DNA of 64,000 bases from Octopus sinensis (lineage: Eukaryota): positions 1-64,000 of the forward strand of contig NW_021833069.1 in NCBI RefSeq assembly GCF_006345805.1. The letters are read 5' to 3'. A model generated the notes under the pieces. The model did not search any database. It saw nothing but the letters and a program-made list of their open reading frames with translations, and was not told the origin of the DNA. Positions 62,639-64,000 of the stretch are shown here, piece by piece. Both the position numbers and the translations under genes were made by a program. Within the stretch, counting starts at the first letter, position 1. Every line of letters starts with the position of its first letter.

Positions 62639-64000
62639 TAATTTTTAATAATATTATTTTTAATACATTTTTGATTCATTTTGTGATGTGTGGCACATTT
62701 AGGTCCGGTAGTTTGTTTGACATCGAAGAGGCTTCACCGGTTAAAAGATGGAGTTCTTTCACTTTGAATGGCTCGAGAGTTTATATTTGATTTTACTTTA
62801 TTAAGGCGATTCATGCTCCCCACGAAATAGATTTATCCTGTGTATTTTCTAAAATCAACGCTTTACCATCAAATAATGAAGTTAATATGAAAATGAAATA
62901 TAAATTCAAAAAGTATTAATCCACATCTATGTTGAGAGGTGAGTTGGCCTCTCGACTGGTTTTCCTCCGTCACAAACAAAACTCTATCAGGTCTCTCAAC
63001 TTCAGTAAAGTCGATAAGAAAATCTTCAATGTCGAAAAAGTCAAAAAGGATAATTTTTTGTTTGTTCTTTGCCGAGATTTATTTTCAAACCAAAACCGAG
63101 CAATTGTAATTCTCTCGGAAGATGCTATTTCTATCACTTCTGGATTTGAGCTTACCATTTTTTACCCTTGGTTTGTTGCTGCTCAGTTGATTTAGGGACA
63201 TGTGCATAGTTGGGGATATCATTTACTACTTCAACTTAAGCAAATTGAGTTATAAGAATGTTTTAATGTGAGTGTACTAAATGTTGGTGTTTATAAAAGA
63301 GTCAAACAATTTATTTTAACCAAGAGTATTAGTAAATGGCATCGGGGTATGTGGCACTTAGTTTTTGAAGAAAACTGTTTAAATGGTCTCTGTCCTGGGT
63401 CTCTACAACGCATTTTATCTTGATTATAGGGAACATAGGCTTACTCTTGTCTTGAAGACGTCCTCTTTGACCCAGGCTCTTTCATGGAGAATGTCCTTAA
63501 TACTAACAGTGAGTGGAAAGCCAACCTCACATTGCAACTGGCTATTAGATTGCACAGGCCTAGCACTCCTCCCACTCGGTCACTCACTGTCACAGAAAAT
63601 TTAGACAGACGTCCGTCGGTGGCTAACCCACGGTCGATGCAGCGTCCGACGATCGACATGTCTATGTTTCCCCCGCATAGCGGAATGACGACCCTTCGTT
63701 TAGTTAACAATGTCAGTCTACGTTTTGCCACTCAACTCGGGGACTAGTCCTTGGCAGATCGCAGCCAGTCCTACGGCCCCTCCTCCTTCCACCAAAAATT
63801 TTTCATTCTCCAGCAACCTCAGGATAGCCAGAGAAATGTTTTCTTCCCTACAGAATAAACTAGACAAACCATACAAAACACATAAATTTTTGTCTACATT
63901 TTTAGAGGCGATTTGAAAGGCCGTCTCTCCTACTGTAGGTACTGCCAGACCTAAATTCAGTTATGCAAGTCCTGCCATCTGCTAGAGTTGATTTAGGCTC
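62317..64000. repeat. Direct repeat of window positions 1-1684 (offset 62,316 bp)
   Basis: All ORFs in 1-1684 recur with identical translations at +62316. I saw no nucleotide difference by eye. Confidence 0.97.
63329..64000 (-). CDS. Repeat of the 3' half of the threonine dehydratase gene
   Basis: Same sequence as 1013-1684. Confidence 0.9.

Overview
AT-rich eukaryotic nuclear DNA using the standard genetic code. It is not prokaryotic. Compact islands of intron-rich housekeeping genes alternate with nested transposon debris. Almost all introns are miniature GT-AG introns of about 22-33 nt (mode about 24), which is why the supplied ORF track is fragmented. This architecture fits a reduced metazoan parasite such as a myxozoan cnidarian or a dicyemid (inference). 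Genes I could rebuild by manual splicing: ATP11/ATPAF1, threonine/serine dehydratase, a zinc-finger-less ZNHIT3-like protein, a lamin-tail-domain protein, a tetraspanin, NAA35, a MARK kinase, PDCD5, NDRG, a TSEN15-like protein, a CTP-synthase-like protein and MRPL49. Mobile DNA includes hAT/Buster/SPIN, pogo/Tigger, Tc1, Ginger-like TGTC elements with 5-bp TSDs, two satellite-bearing Helitrons, and RTE-, CR1/Jockey-, CRE- and R4/NeSL-like non-LTR elements. Four observations stand out. (1) An intact 14-exon CTP synthase homologue has lost its synthetase-domain catalytic motifs but keeps the glutaminase Cys-His-Glu triad. (2) Bases 1-1684 recur at 62317-64000, and the join falls inside an ATP11 intron, so this is a 62,316-bp circle or tandem unit. 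(3) Host-type micro-introns occur inside several transposase/integrase genes. (4) A 75/150-bp palindrome-bearing higher-order satellite sits at 42005-43965. All family assignments come from motif recognition by eye, not database searches, and TE boundaries without a TSD or TIR are approximate.
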